Assembly (NCBI GenBank): GCA_964461835.1
Contig: CAYWVO010000015.1
Coordinates: 1,273-65,272, forward strand
Source: an uncultured Ignavibacteria bacterium
GTDB lineage: Bacteria; Zixibacteria; MSB-5A5; WJJR01; JAJRUJ01
Reading direction: 5' to 3'
DNA length: 64,000 bases
Shown here: positions 50,339-60,794 of the stretch, piece after piece
Layout of the letters: each line of letters starts with the position of its first letter
How positions within the stretch are numbered: the first letter of the stretch is position 1
Program-made: the position numbers and the translations under genes
The notes under the pieces: model-generated
Told to the model about the DNA's origin: nothing
The model's database searches: none
Seen by the model: only the letters and a program-made list of their open reading frames with translations

Positions 50339-50692
50339 ATTACACCAAAACGCCTGGCCACGATGGTCGGACAACTTGCCCTCGAAAAAAAAGCCAATGA
50401 CATTTGCATTTTAGATTTACGGAGTATCTCTCCGGTGGCGGATTTTTTCGTGATTTGTACCGCGGACGCCGAAATCCATGCTGCAGCAGTCGCCGATTTT
50501 ATCGTCGAACAGCTCCGTGAAAAGGGAATCACGATTCGCCACGTCGAAGGCCGTGGCACCAGTGGGTGGGTCGTTATCGACTGTATCCAGGTCATCATCC
50601 ACATTTTCTTGGAAAAAATCCGCGAGTTCTATAGCCTGGAACGACTCTGGGGCGATGCGCCCAAGACGGTCGTGAACGATCACATCGGGTAA
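50339..50692 (+). CDS. rsfS: Ribosome silencing factor; probable ATT start
   Basis: EKKA.DI.ILDL...DFFVICT..H..A..D, VEG....WV.ID...I.HIF...R.FY.LE.LWGDA. AAGGAGG lies 8 nt before the in-frame ATT at 50339. Confidence 0.9.
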   Translation: MTPKRLATMVGQLALEKKANDICILDLRSISPVADFFVICTADAEIHAAAVADFIVEQLREKGITIRHVEGRGTSGWVVIDCIQVIIHIFLEKIREFYSLERLWGDAPKTVVNDHIG

Positions 50693-50756
50693 CATCCATC
50701 GCTGCCGCCCCGACGCTGAAGAAAATCGAAATAAAATTCATATTGTAAGGAGGTCG

Positions 50757-52010
50757 ATGTCAATGGACATCATTGAACTGAAGACCAAGACGATCGCCGA
50801 ACTCCTCGAGATTGCTGAAACCCTGGATATACCCGGCGTCTCGGGGCTGCGGAAACAGGAATTAATTTTCAAAATCCTGGAGGCCAACACCGAGAAAGAT
50901 GGCCTGATCTTTGCCGAAGGGGTACTGGAGATTCTGGAAGAGGGATACGGATTCCTCCGCTCACCGGATTACAACTATTTGCCGGGGCCGGATGATATTT
51001 ATGTCTCGCCTTCCCAGATCAAGCGGTTTGACCTGAGCACTGGGGACACGGTTTCCGGCCAGGTCCGCCCCCCCAAAGACACCGAGCGGTATTTCGCCCT
51101 TTTGAAGATCGAAGCAGTGAATCTGGAAAATCCGGATGTCGCCAAGAACAAGACCCTCTTCGATAACTTGACCCCGCTCTATCCACAGGATAAGTTCAAC
51201 TTGGAAGACGGCACCCGGGATCCCTCGACCCGCATCATGGACCTGCTTACGCCGATCGGCGCCGGACAACGGGCGATGATCGTCTCGCCGCCCAAAGCCG
51301 GGAAGACCATGCTGCTGCAAAAGGTCGCCAACTCGATCACCGCCAACCATGCGGAAGTGAAGCTCATTGTCCTGTTGATCGATGAGCGGCCGGAAGAAGT
51401 CACCGATATGAAGCGGTCGGTCAAGGGAGAGGTCATCTCCTCGACCTTTGACGAACCGGCGGAACGGCATGTGCAGGTCGCCAAAATGGTGATTGAGAAG
51501 GCCAAGCGGCTCGTGGAACACCGGCAAGATGTCGTAATTCTCTTGGACTCGATTACCCGCCTCGCCCGTGCCCATAACGCGGTGGTCCCGCACTCCGGGA
51601 AAATTCTCTCGGGGGGTGTGGACGCAAACGCGCTGCAAAAACCGAAACGGTTCTTCGGCGCCGCCCGGAATATCGAGGAGGGAGGATCCCTGACCATCGT
51701 TGCCACCGCACTGGTTGAGACCGGCTCGCGGATGGACGAAGTTATCTTTGAGGAGTTCAAAGGCACGGGCAACATGGAGATGGTGCTCGATCGCCGGCTG
51801 TTCAACCGGCGAATCTTCCCGGCCATCGATTTGAACCGCTCCTCCACTCGGAAAGAGGAGTTGCTGCTCGAACAGGATGTGTTGACCAAGACCTGGGTCT
51901 TGCGGAAATTCCTCTCGGAGATGAACCCGGTTGAAGGAATGGAATTCCTTCTCGATCGATTGAACAAGACCAAGACCAATGAGCAATTCCTGATGTCGAT
52001 GAAGGACTGA
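50757..52010 (+). CDS. rho: Transcription termination factor Rho
   Basis: [57 protein letters not shown]; SD AAGGAGG. Confidence 0.98.
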   Translation: MSMDIIELKTKTIAELLEIAETLDIPGVSGLRKQELIFKILEANTEKDGLIFAEGVLEILEEGYGFLRSPDYNYLPGPDDIYVSPSQIKRFDLSTGDTVSGQVRPPKDTERYFALLKIEAVNLENPDVAKNKTLFDNLTPLYPQDKFNLEDGTRDPSTRIMDLLTPIGAGQRAMIVSPPKAGKTMLLQKVANSITANHAEVKLIVLLIDERPEEVTDMKRSVKGEVISSTFDEPAERHVQVAKMVIEKAKRLVEHRQDVVILLDSITRLARAHNAVVPHSGKILSGGVDANALQKPKRFFGAARNIEEGGSLTIVATALVETGSRMDEVIFEEFKGTGNMEMVLDRRLFNRRIFPAIDLNRSSTRKEELLLEQDVLTKTWVLRKFLSEMNPVEGMEFLLDRLNKTKTNEQFLMSMKD

Positions 52011-52052
52011 TTTCGCGACTCCCGTACAACCGCGCAGGATGAGGGATTTCCT

Positions 52053-52763
52053 ATGGCGCAACCTGTAGCCGCATTGCAGGCGGCGGAGATCGGCTGGAAG
52101 CGAGCATCCCTGCTTACCGACGTCTCCCTCGAATTTACTCCCGGCACCTTTACCGTGATCACTGGCGGCCCGGGTTCCGGCAAGTCTCTGCTATTACGTA
52201 CGCTTTGGGGTGGTGTACCTCCCCGGAGCGGGAGCTGTATCAGCAACGGCGCCAAACTCACCCGTTCCAGTAAACGGGCGTGGCGCTGTTGGCGACGGCA
52301 GCTAGGTATTGTGGCCGACGATTTTCCACTCTTCTCCCACTGGAGTGTCTTTGATAACCTGGCCGTAGCCCTGGCGTCAAGTGTCGGGCTTTCACGTAAG
52401 GTGTTGACCAATCGCGTATTCAATGAGCTGCGTGCCTGGGGTTTGTTGGAACTGCGCGATCGGCGGGCCGACACACTCGCGGGGATGCACCAACGGCTTG
52501 TGAAGCTGGCGCGCGCCTTTGTCCGCCGACCAAAGCTGGCATTGCTCGATGACCCGCTTGCCGGGTTTACCGCCGAGGAATGTGCTAATCTGGTGCGCAT
52601 TACCCGCCACCATGTCCTGGCGGGAACCGCGGTGTGTCTGGTCACACGCGAGTGGCGGCATTCGCTGATTGCCACCGATAGAGTCTTTGAAATAACTGAT
52701 GGTACCCTGCGGCAGATTCACGGAATGCAGGCACCGAAGGCGGAATCAGCTCAAGCCGGGTAA
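52053..52763 (+). CDS. ftsE: FtsE-like ABC ATPase with degenerate catalytic motifs
   Basis: Walker [27 protein letters not shown]...P...LDDP; upstream of ftsX- and envC-like genes. Confidence 0.7.
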   Translation: MAQPVAALQAAEIGWKRASLLTDVSLEFTPGTFTVITGGPGSGKSLLLRTLWGGVPPRSGSCISNGAKLTRSSKRAWRCWRRQLGIVADDFPLFSHWSVFDNLAVALASSVGLSRKVLTNRVFNELRAWGLLELRDRRADTLAGMHQRLVKLARAFVRRPKLALLDDPLAGFTAEECANLVRITRHHVLAGTAVCLVTREWRHSLIATDRVFEITDGTLRQIHGMQAPKAESAQAG

Positions 52764-52768
52764 TTGCG

Positions 52769-53620
52769 ATGTGGCGATATATATCCAGAGACCTTTTTAG
52801 TGCAAATCGTTCGCGATATCTGATTGCGGCGTTGCTGGTACTGGTGATTACCGCCGGACTGGTCACCACCGATCTTTTGCTCAAACGAATCACCACCGGG
52901 TCGGACTGGTGGGCGGAACGGTTCGCCGATTCATACATCGAGGTATACCTGACATCGGAAACCCCCGTTGACGATACGCAGGCTTTGCGGTCCGCGCTGG
53001 GTAATGATTCCCGCATCGCTACGGCCGTCTTCGTTTCGGCCGATGATGCCCGCCGCGAAGCCGAACAATATCTTGGGTCGATCGTTTTCTCCCGGCTGCC
53101 GGATAATCCCCTGCCGTCCTCGATTCGCCTGTATCTCGACCGCTCCGCCCGTTCCCTTGAAACAATCGAGCAATTGACCGATTCACTGGCGGTACTGCCC
53201 GTGGTCAGTGAGATCACCTATCCTCGCGAACACCTCGAATTATATACTCAGGGCAAAACCTTGTTGGCAGATTATCAACTAATGGTGAATACCGCCGCGC
53301 TCGGCTGGGTGGGGCTGGTTGTTTTTATTGGGATGCTTCTCTTGCGGCGTTCGCAGCTGGTGCACAATGACATCTGGTGGTACTTGGGTGTCGGGCCGGG
53401 CATTTTGCGAGGCTTCGCGCTGCTGGAGGGTTTTGTCCTCGCCGCCGTGAGTGCGGTCGCAGCACGTCTCGTCATGGCGTTGGTGAGTGATACGCCGGCT
53501 CTAATCTCCATCGCAAATATTCGCGCCGGATGGATTACACTCCCGCTCGCCGCCGGTCTTATCGGCGGTATCGCCGGTTGGTTGGGTCAGCAGCTTAAAC
53601 AGCACACCTTGAGTGGGTAA
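52769..53620 (+). CDS. ftsX: FtsX-like cell-division permease
   Basis: TM1, IEVYL, FVS.DDA, DNPLPSS, LG......F.LLEG, three C-terminal TMs. Confidence 0.75.
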   Translation: MWRYISRDLFSANRSRYLIAALLVLVITAGLVTTDLLLKRITTGSDWWAERFADSYIEVYLTSETPVDDTQALRSALGNDSRIATAVFVSADDARREAEQYLGSIVFSRLPDNPLPSSIRLYLDRSARSLETIEQLTDSLAVLPVVSEITYPREHLELYTQGKTLLADYQLMVNTAALGWVGLVVFIGMLLLRRSQLVHNDIWWYLGVGPGILRGFALLEGFVLAAVSAVAARLVMALVSDTPALISIANIRAGWITLPLAAGLIGGIAGWLGQQLKQHTLSG

Positions 53621-53674
53621 ATGATGCCGATTTGCTCGGGATATGACTGATCACCTGACAATGTAACGCTTAGT

Positions 53675-54838
53675 ATGATCGTACGATTCGTGAGAATTAT
53701 CATTCTTTTGCTTTTAGCTTCCCACGGCGGTATTAGTTCGGGGAACGCACAAACTGCCGACCCAGCAGATCACCGGGAAGCCCAGCAAGCGTTGGAAAAC
53801 ATCGAGAAACAACTTGAGGAAACGACAACCCAAATAGAAGACCTGCGTCAGCGGGAAAAAGACGCAATCTCCAAAGCCCGCGCACTCCGGGAAGAAATTG
53901 AAATCACCGACCAGGTCCGCACGAAGCTGGACCGACGGTACAATCAGATATCGCGGCAACTGTCCACTCACGAAAAACAGATTCGCAAACTGGAAGAATG
54001 GAACTTAGTCCAGCAGGAGATTCTCTCCCGGATCCTGGCGACCTCCTACAAAAAACGGACCTGGTCAGCAGACCAGGGGCATCCGCTCGGTATCCCCAGT
54101 GAAGATTTGCGCCGCTTGACCCTGGCCCGACACGCAACCGCTGCGCAGGGGGAGTTCTGTGAGGCGTTGGCGGATTCCCTGGCTGGAGAGACCGGCCGTT
54201 ATCATACGCTGCGCAACACACAGGAACAGGTGCGGGGCGCGGTGGCGGATAAGAATAAAGTGAAAGAACAGGCCGAACGCCAGTTGGCCCAGTCCGAACG
54301 GCAGGCGTTTGCCATCCGGCAACAGCGGGCACAGGAACTGGATGAGTTCGAGCGTATCCAGCGCGAAGCTCAGATGTTTGCCGAATTGATCGATCGACTC
54401 ACCGAACTGCCCGAAGTTCGGCGGGTGTTGGATTACGATTTCCCTGCCTGGAAAGGCAGAGTCCACTGGCCGCTGGAGGGTGAAGTGAAATCGACGGTGG
54501 GTCGCAAAATTGACCGGCAGCGATTGACTGAAACGTTCGAAACCGGAATGTTCATTGCGGGTGAGCCGGGGGCGGCGGTGGTCAATGCTGCTGATGGCGA
54601 AGTCGCGTTTGCCGGACGGCGACGCGGCTTGGGCAATGTCGTCATTGTCGGTCATGGCAGCGATTACTTTTCGGTCTTTGCCCACTTGGACCATGTGGCG
54701 GTGATCGTGGGGGCGGTCGTCTACGCCGGCGACGAGATCGGCACGGTCGGTAATTCGCATCCCCGGTTCGGTCCCGGAATCCTCTTTGAACTTCGCCACG
54801 GCCGTGAAGTCCTGGACCCACTGGAGTGGCTGAAGTGA
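53675..54838 (+). CDS. envC: EnvC-like murein hydrolase activator (coiled coil plus degenerate M23 domain)
   Basis: Signal peptide, long coiled coil, KG...WP..G, V..AADGEV, GLGNVVIV.H, LFELR....DP..WL. Confidence 0.8.
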   Translation: MIVRFVRIIILLLLASHGGISSGNAQTADPADHREAQQALENIEKQLEETTTQIEDLRQREKDAISKARALREEIEITDQVRTKLDRRYNQISRQLSTHEKQIRKLEEWNLVQQEILSRILATSYKKRTWSADQGHPLGIPSEDLRRLTLARHATAAQGEFCEALADSLAGETGRYHTLRNTQEQVRGAVADKNKVKEQAERQLAQSERQAFAIRQQRAQELDEFERIQREAQMFAELIDRLTELPEVRRVLDYDFPAWKGRVHWPLEGEVKSTVGRKIDRQRLTETFETGMFIAGEPGAAVVNAADGEVAFAGRRRGLGNVVIVGHGSDYFSVFAHLDHVAVIVGAVVYAGDEIGTVGNSHPRFGPGILFELRHGREVLDPLEWLK

Positions 54839-55968
54839 GCACACTTTCGGTGTTCGAGGTGCAACCGGTCGCCATGCGCATTTTGCAGGCGGCGACTGAA
54901 CGAGACCGCATCAGTCACGCCTACTTGTTTCACGGACCGGAGGGAACCGGCAAGTGGCAAGCGGCACACACTCTGGCCCGCTGGCTATTGTGCCCGGAGG
55001 CCGCCTATAGTCCTTCCTGCGAGTGTGCCGTATGCCGTCGCATCGAACGATATCAGCATCCCGATGTCCATTGGATACTGCCCCTCGTTACCAGTGAAAA
55101 GGCTGCTGGGAGCGACGAAAAAGCCACCGAGGAACACCAGCAGCTCCTCGATTGCAAACGCGCCGATCCCTGGGCTGTGTTAAACTACCCACGACGGCCG
55201 TATATCACCGCAAAGCGAATTCGCAATCTGCAATCTGAGTTGGCCCGCACCGCCGTGGAGGGGGGGCGGAAGATTGGCGTCATCATCAACGCCGAACATC
55301 TCCGTCAAGATGTACAGTCAATCCTGTTGAAGACGATAGAGGAACCCCCGCGCGATACACATCTCATTCTCACCACCAACGAAAGAAGCACTCTTTTGCC
55401 CACAATCCTCTCCCGCTGCCAACGCGTGCGTTTTGCGCCGCTGTCACAGGCAGTGCTTACCGACCAGTTGGCAGCAACGGCTGCCGACACGGAAGAAATT
55501 CCCTTAGCAGTGACCTTGGCCGGGGGCAGCCTGACCCGTGCCGGCGGGAATTTGACCGAAGAGGGTATCCTGTGGCGTAATACCGCCTGGGCACTGCTGC
55601 GGATCGCGATCCTCGGCACCCCGGAGGATTTACTGGCAAATCTGGACGAAGTACTGCGCCGGCGACCCGACATGCCGGTCATGCTGAGATTTGTGGATGT
55701 CTGGAATTATGGGATTCATCGGGTCCTGGTACACCGTCAACGGACCGCTGAATCCACGGATTACGACCCATTGGACGACGCCCTGTTCGCAGGTTACCGG
55801 CGTTTGGGTGTCGTCCGTGCGGCGCTGAACGGCAATGTAACCCCCCGGGTTGCGCTGGCGGCCGCGATGCTTGAGGTGCAGTCGCGGCTGGCTCCTTTTC
55901 GTCGGCAGGTCGCCGACTGGTTCCCGGAAACCATAACCGCGACCCTGCCGGCACCGGTGGCAAAGTAA
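54835..55968 (+). CDS. holB: DNA polymerase III subunit delta'
   Basis: HAYLFHGPEGTGK, Zn-binding C..CECAVC, HPDV, LLKTIEEPP, LLPTILSRCQ. Confidence 0.9.
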   Translation: MSTLSVFEVQPVAMRILQAATERDRISHAYLFHGPEGTGKWQAAHTLARWLLCPEAAYSPSCECAVCRRIERYQHPDVHWILPLVTSEKAAGSDEKATEEHQQLLDCKRADPWAVLNYPRRPYITAKRIRNLQSELARTAVEGGRKIGVIINAEHLRQDVQSILLKTIEEPPRDTHLILTTNERSTLLPTILSRCQRVRFAPLSQAVLTDQLAATAADTEEIPLAVTLAGGSLTRAGGNLTEEGILWRNTAWALLRIAILGTPEDLLANLDEVLRRRPDMPVMLRFVDVWNYGIHRVLVHRQRTAESTDYDPLDDALFAGYRRLGVVRAALNGNVTPRVALAAAMLEVQSRLAPFRRQVADWFPETITATLPAPVAK

Positions 55969-56136
55969 CTCTCCCGTATTCAACAGGATATCAGATGCTG
56001 TCAACATCCCACCCGGGTTGACAAGGAATCGCAAAATGACTTGCCGAGACCGATAACGGTGTATAACATGGTGGAAATCTTTTGCCGATAGGAGGAATGT
56101 CGGCACTAAGTCGTTGGGCGATAAAGGGAGAGAAAA

Positions 56137-57507
56137 ATGAAACAGCGTTTGGTAGTTTTAGGGTTGTTGGTAGTACTCGCGGCAATCTGGTATACTCCAA
56201 CACTGGCAGAAATCGATTGTGAACGACGGCTACAGGCGAGTGTATATACACAGTCAGCTAAAATTGCACTGAAAAACAAAGATTATAAACGGGCGGAAGA
56301 GAACTTGCGATGCTGCCTGATACATTATCCGAAGAACTACCAGGCACACTTCCTGATGGGCGCGATCTGGGGCGACAAAGGCCAGATTGACAGCATGGTG
56401 TATGAGTTTAACCTGGCCCGTGAATACGCCGGCGACAAACTGAAGAAAATCAAAGAAGAGATGGAAGATATCGAGTTCTCCCTCTGGGAGAAAGCGTTCA
56501 ACTCCGGGGTCGAATACATCAATATTGCCGACTCCCTGGAAGCCCAGGCGGCGGAGACCGAAGATGCCGAGACCGGCAATGAATTGCGCACGAAAGCGAA
56601 CAAGGCCCTCGAACTGGCGTCCAGCGATTTTCGTGACTGCACTTTGATCAAACCAAAGGAATTCCGCGGTTGGTTTAACCTGGGACTGGCCTACGACCGC
56701 ATGCGTGACTATGAGACCGCGGCGGAAAAGTATCGCATTTCCGAAGAAAAATTTCATCGGAATACCTTGCAGGACAGTACCACGGACTTCTATGACACCA
56801 CCCTGTTCTACACGGCCGAGGGTGCAGAGACCGAACTGTTCAAGGAAATCAAGAAGAAATACAAAAAGCTCAAAGAGGACATCCGCAATCGGTATAAAGG
56901 TCTCTTGACGGCGCTGGGCGGCGTATATTTTGAACTAGGAGAATATGAAAAAACTATTGCCCTCTTCCGCCGGATGTTGGGCTTCTATGAAGAAGATCTC
57001 TCGGCGCTGGAGTATATCGGCAGCTCCTATTCCCAATTGGGCGATAATGAAGAAGCCCTGAAATGGACGGAACTTATTATCAAGAAAAACCCCGATGATA
57101 AGGACCGCCTCTACAACGTTGGCGCCCACTACTTCAACGCAGCGATCGAAAAAAAACGGGAGTTCGAAGCACGATTACGCGAACAAATGCAGGGATCCGA
57201 AGATCCCAATATTGTACAGGCGGTGGAGAGCGCGAAAGCCGATTATGTCACCAGCTTCGAAAATGGTTTGCGCTTTATCAACCGGGTTCTCGAACTGGAT
57301 CCAGAGGATGAAGAGACGTGGCGAATCAAAGCCTTTTCACTGTTTTTGCTGGAACGCTGCGACGAAGCCAAGCCGGTCCTGAAACAGGCGATGGAGATGA
57401 TGCCGGAAGATAAAGCACTCTGTCAAATGCTGGCCGAATGTTATCGCAAGGAAGGTGATGTGGAAACAGTCCTCCGCCTGACCAAAGAATGTGAACTGGG
57501 GAAATAA
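56137..57507 (+). CDS. Exported TPR-repeat protein
   Basis: Signal peptide; multiple TPRs (WFNLGLAY, LGGVYFELGEYEKTI, LYNVGAHY). TTGCCG-N17-TAACAT promoter at 56041-56069. Confidence 0.85.
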   Translation: MKQRLVVLGLLVVLAAIWYTPTLAEIDCERRLQASVYTQSAKIALKNKDYKRAEENLRCCLIHYPKNYQAHFLMGAIWGDKGQIDSMVYEFNLAREYAGDKLKKIKEEMEDIEFSLWEKAFNSGVEYINIADSLEAQAAETEDAETGNELRTKANKALELASSDFRDCTLIKPKEFRGWFNLGLAYDRMRDYETAAEKYRISEEKFHRNTLQDSTTDFYDTTLFYTAEGAETELFKEIKKKYKKLKEDIRNRYKGLLTALGGVYFELGEYEKTIALFRRMLGFYEEDLSALEYIGSSYSQLGDNEEALKWTELIIKKNPDDKDRLYNVGAHYFNAAIEKKREFEARLREQMQGSEDPNIVQAVESAKADYVTSFENGLRFINRVLELDPEDEETWRIKAFSLFLLERCDEAKPVLKQAMEMMPEDKALCQMLAECYRKEGDVETVLRLTKECELGK

Positions 57508-57532
57508 CTCACCGCTGATATGGCGACGATGG

Positions 57533-57561
57533 AACTCCCCGCTAGCTGCGGGGAGTTTTTT
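57533..57561 (+). terminator. Intrinsic terminator between convergent genes
   Basis: AACTCCC(C)GC/GCGGGAGTT hairpin plus T-run; overlaps the stop codon of the convergent regulator. Confidence 0.75.
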
Positions 57562-58981
57562 CATTGGCGCCCAATCCCCATTCGATGATGCGATTACGCA
57601 GGGTCTGGCGCGACATGCCAAGTAACTTTGCCGCCCGCACCTGATTCCCCTCACAGTACGCCAACGCTCGTTCAACCAACAGCTTTTCCAACGTGGGCAT
57701 CAACTGAATGTTTTCATCCTGCTGATGTTCCTCGGCTAGTCTGGTAAATACCGGTTCGATCAATTGGGCGACGGACTCGCGATCGGCAGCGGCCGCGGCT
57801 GGTTCCTCGACCGGGACGGCATCGCCGAACGACACCGCCTCCGGCAGGAGCAAATCGCCCGTGGTAACCACGACGGCCCGCTTGATAACATTCTCCAACT
57901 CCCGGACATTCCCGGGCCAGGCGTATTCCTGCAATTTTTGAAAAACCTCTTCCGGCACCGTCTGGATGTTTTTGCCCAGTTCACGATTGAAGCGCGAGAT
58001 AAAATACTCCGTGAGGGGCCGAATATCCTCCGGCCGCTCACGCAACGGCGCCAGGCGGATATTGAAAACACTCAGGCGGAAAAACAAATCTTCCCGGAAC
58101 GCTCCGTCCTTGATTTGCTCGACCAGCTTGCGATTGGTGGCGGCAATAATCCGAACATCCGCGTGTAAGGTTTCCGTACCCCCGACCCGCTCAAAGGTCC
58201 CGTCCTGGAGCAACCGCAGAATTTTGGCCTGCAGCATCAGGCTCATATCAGCAATTTCATCCAGGAGCACAGTGCCGCCTTGCGCTTGTTCAAACTTGCC
58301 GATCTTGCGATGATCCGCCGAAGTGAAGGCGCCGCGCTCATAGCCGAACAATTCACTTTCCAGCAACGTGTCCGGAATTGCCGCACAGTTAATTGCCAGA
58401 AACGGATTATCCGCCCGGCGGGAGTGGTTATAGATGGCACGAGCGACTAATTCCTTACCGGTGCCCGATTCTCCTTCAATCAGCACCGCCACATCGGACG
58501 TGGCCACGCGACCAATTTGCTTGTACACTTCCTGCATCGGCTTGGACTGGCCGATGAGCATCTGGCCTTTCCACTCCTCCATCGCCGAGGGCTGCCAGCC
58601 GACCGGTTCTGACATGAGGCGATGCGCGGCGAGCGCATTTTCGGTCAAGGTCTTGACCCGGCCAGGTTCGAACGGTTTCAGAATAAAATCGAAAGCCCCC
58701 TGCTTGACGGCATTGATCGCCGTGTCGGTGGTGCCGAACGCGGTCATAATCACCACCGGAATCTTGCGGGTTTTTCTCTGAATGTGTTCAAGCGTTTCCA
58801 GGCCGCTTATGCCGGGCATCTTGATATCGAGAAAAATGAGATCAGGCTCAGTGTGTTTGAGTTTTTCCAGAGCCTCTTCGCCGGATGCAGCCTCGATAAT
58901 TTCGTATTTCTCCGTTCCCAGCAGCCGCCGAAAGGAGAACCGCAGGTTTTTATCATCATCGACGACCATGATACGCGCCAT
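57542..58981 (-). CDS. Sigma-54-dependent response regulator (NtrC family)
   Basis: REC domain (VVDDD, LDIKMP, KPF); AAA+ GESGTGKELVA, ESELFG, GAFTSA, LDEI, WPGNVREL; Fis HTH GNQVRAAKLLGMSRQTL. Confidence 0.96.
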   Translation of the reverse strand: MARIMVVDDDKNLRFSFRRLLGTEKYEIIEAASGEEALEKLKHTEPDLIFLDIKMPGISGLETLEHIQRKTRKIPVVIMTAFGTTDTAINAVKQGAFDFILKPFEPGRVKTLTENALAAHRLMSEPVGWQPSAMEEWKGQMLIGQSKPMQEVYKQIGRVATSDVAVLIEGESGTGKELVARAIYNHSRRADNPFLAINCAAIPDTLLESELFGYERGAFTSADHRKIGKFEQAQGGTVLLDEIADMSLMLQAKILRLLQDGTFERVGGTETLHADVRIIAATNRKLVEQIKDGAFREDLFFRLSVFNIRLAPLRERPEDIRPLTEYFISRFNRELGKNIQTVPEEVFQKLQEYAWPGNVRELENVIKRAVVVTTGDLLLPEAVSFGDAVPVEEPAAAAADRESVAQLIEPVFTRLAEEHQQDENIQLMPTLEKLLVERALAYCEGNQVRAAKLLGMSRQTLRNRIIEWGLGANEKTPRS

Positions 58982-58991
58982 AGAGCTATCC

Positions 58992-60269
58992 TCACGAAGA
59001 GACCGGAAAAACCAGGGTGAACGCGGTCCCGCGACCGGGGACGGCCGAGGCGGTAACTTCACCATGATGAAAATCCATAATCATTCGGACAATTGAGAGT
59101 CCTAGTCCGGTGCCATGTGCCTTGGTGCTATAAAACGGCTCAAATATCTTTTCGGCCAGTTCCGGCCGCAGTTCCAAGCCCGTATTAAAGACCGTAACCG
59201 TTACGTGGCCATCATGGTCGTAATTGGTGGATAGTTCAATCCGCCCCCCGGCCGGAGTCTCGTCGATGGCGTTGAGCAGAATATTCAACAGCGCCTGCTC
59301 GACCTGTCCCGGGTCGGCGGCAATCGGCGGCACATGCTCGTTGAGGTTCTCAATAAACTCCAGTTGCCGGGCGGAGGTTTGATGTCGAGCCATCTGATAT
59401 GACCGACGCACCAGATCGTTAATCGCCACTTGCGATAACTGTGGTTCCTGCGGCCGGGCAAATTCCATGAAGCGCAGGATTGTGTTTTTTATTTTGGCGA
59501 TCTCGTCTAACGCAATCTGCATATCCATTCGTTCTGGTGCCTCCGGCGGCATCTCCTCGGCCAGATTGTGAATCAGGACATTGATGGTCGTCAGTGGGTT
59601 ATTTATTTCATGCGCCACCGAAGCCGCCATGGAACCCACCGTCGCCAGTTTGTCCGCCGCCATCAATTGGTCAGACCGCCGTCCCTGGCGGGACCGCCCC
59701 TCGGTACGCCGGTTGACGAAAATCGTCACTAATGCGATCAACACCTCGGCAACAATACCAAAGCCAAGTAACACCAATAAGAGGGTCAGCCGGGCAGGCT
59801 GCAATCCGGCGGCAATATCCTCAACCTCCCACGTCAACAGCATCGCTGGTGAGGCCTCGGATCGGCCATTCGTGGAAGCCATCACACCAAGGATTGTATG
59901 ACAACGAATGCAACCCGGTGGCGAATGGGCAAAAAAGATCAGCAGGCTATCCCGAACGGCCGGGGGACGCAAATTCCAGATCGGATCATCCGTCAGAATG
60001 ACGGTGTCGGCCTGCGGGTCGATAAGATGAAGATGTATCTGGGGATTGGTAATCCGGGATTCCAGGGAGGCACGGGCCCGTGTGTCCGCGGAATCGTTAT
60101 CTTCCAAATAATACGACAGGTGCCATACGGTTTGCTTCAGCTCGTCTTCGGCCACCTGCATTACCTCACGGAGCAGGCTCCGATCCACAAAGGCGTAGAG
60201 TCCGATCAACATCGCCGCTAACGGCAGGAAAAACACGGCAATCGCCATTGTCGCCGGATGAATTCGCAT
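58992..60269 (-). CDS. Sensor histidine kinase with periplasmic CxxCH motif
   Basis: Two TMs flank a domain containing CIRCH; H-box AHEINNPL, N-box NILLNA, FEPFYSTK, GTGLGL. Confidence 0.92.
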   Translation of the reverse strand: MRIHPATMAIAVFFLPLAAMLIGLYAFVDRSLLREVMQVAEDELKQTVWHLSYYLEDNDSADTRARASLESRITNPQIHLHLIDPQADTVILTDDPIWNLRPPAVRDSLLIFFAHSPPGCIRCHTILGVMASTNGRSEASPAMLLTWEVEDIAAGLQPARLTLLLVLLGFGIVAEVLIALVTIFVNRRTEGRSRQGRRSDQLMAADKLATVGSMAASVAHEINNPLTTINVLIHNLAEEMPPEAPERMDMQIALDEIAKIKNTILRFMEFARPQEPQLSQVAINDLVRRSYQMARHQTSARQLEFIENLNEHVPPIAADPGQVEQALLNILLNAIDETPAGGRIELSTNYDHDGHVTVTVFNTGLELRPELAEKIFEPFYSTKAHGTGLGLSIVRMIMDFHHGEVTASAVPGRGTAFTLVFPVSS

Positions 60270-60357
60270 ATCTCAAGTTCCCTGACCGGCTTATCCTTCT
60301 CTCCTCCAACCAGCTCAGCGAATCTCAGAATCGCACGTCATACGGCTAAACGCAAAG

Positions 60358-60386
60358 AAAAAAACGAGGGCCGGAGCGCCCTCGTT
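60358..60386 (-). terminator. Intrinsic terminator after the small HTH gene
   Basis: Minus strand CGAGGGC-N6-GCCCTCG followed by TTTTTTT. Confidence 0.85.
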
Positions 60387-60427
60387 CTATGTTGGTTACC
60401 GCAAGAAGCCAGTTTCAATGAAGTATA

Positions 60428-60598
60428 TTACTGCACGGCGGTACTGGTCGCACGATCTGCACGATGCAGAATCGCATGCAGATCGCGATATGTCGTCCGT
60501 AAGGACACGCCACACTGCCGAGAAATTTCCTCCAGAGACATTGTTGGATTGTCCTGCAGCAGATGACGGACCAGATCAAGGCGTTCTTTCTTCTTCAT
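60428..60598 (-). CDS. Stand-alone 56-aa HTH protein (HTH_11/DeoR-type; not in the ORF track)
   Basis: SD GGAGGT then MKKKERLDLVRHLLQDNPTMSLEEISRQCGVSLRTTYRDLHAILHRADRATSTAVQ; the GVS.RT.YRDL recognition helix is present; own terminator. Confidence 0.85.
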   Translation of the reverse strand: MKKKERLDLVRHLLQDNPTMSLEEISRQCGVSLRTTYRDLHAILHRADRATSTAVQ

Positions 60599-60704
60599 TG
60601 CTTACCTCCACATTCCTGCCAGATTTGGCCCCCCCGATACTGCCATGTATTTTCCGGCAAACTTCCCTTCTTCACTCTCATCAATCCGCACACCAATAAT
60701 GACA

Positions 60705-60720
60705 ACAATATTTATGCCAA
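60705..60720 (-). promoter_or_regulatory. Putative sigma-54 (-24/-12) promoter
   Basis: Minus strand TTGGCATAAATATTGT = GG-N10-GT, one mismatch at -12 relative to TGGCAC-N5-TTGC; ~107 nt upstream of the HTH gene. Confidence 0.55.
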
Positions 60721-60794
60721 TTCCCAATATTTGGCGAAGATTTTTATTTTGTTAAGAGACAGTTAGTTACACCATTCCAATTTTTTGTTGATAT

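Noticed and set aside
51179-52675. 498-aa minus-strand ORF, plus many other long antisense ORFs (e.g. 12453-13805, 14379-15749, 18045-19016, 50961-52061)
   Set aside because: These are shadows of well-supported sense genes with GC-biased codons. They show no motifs or RBS and have atypical composition.
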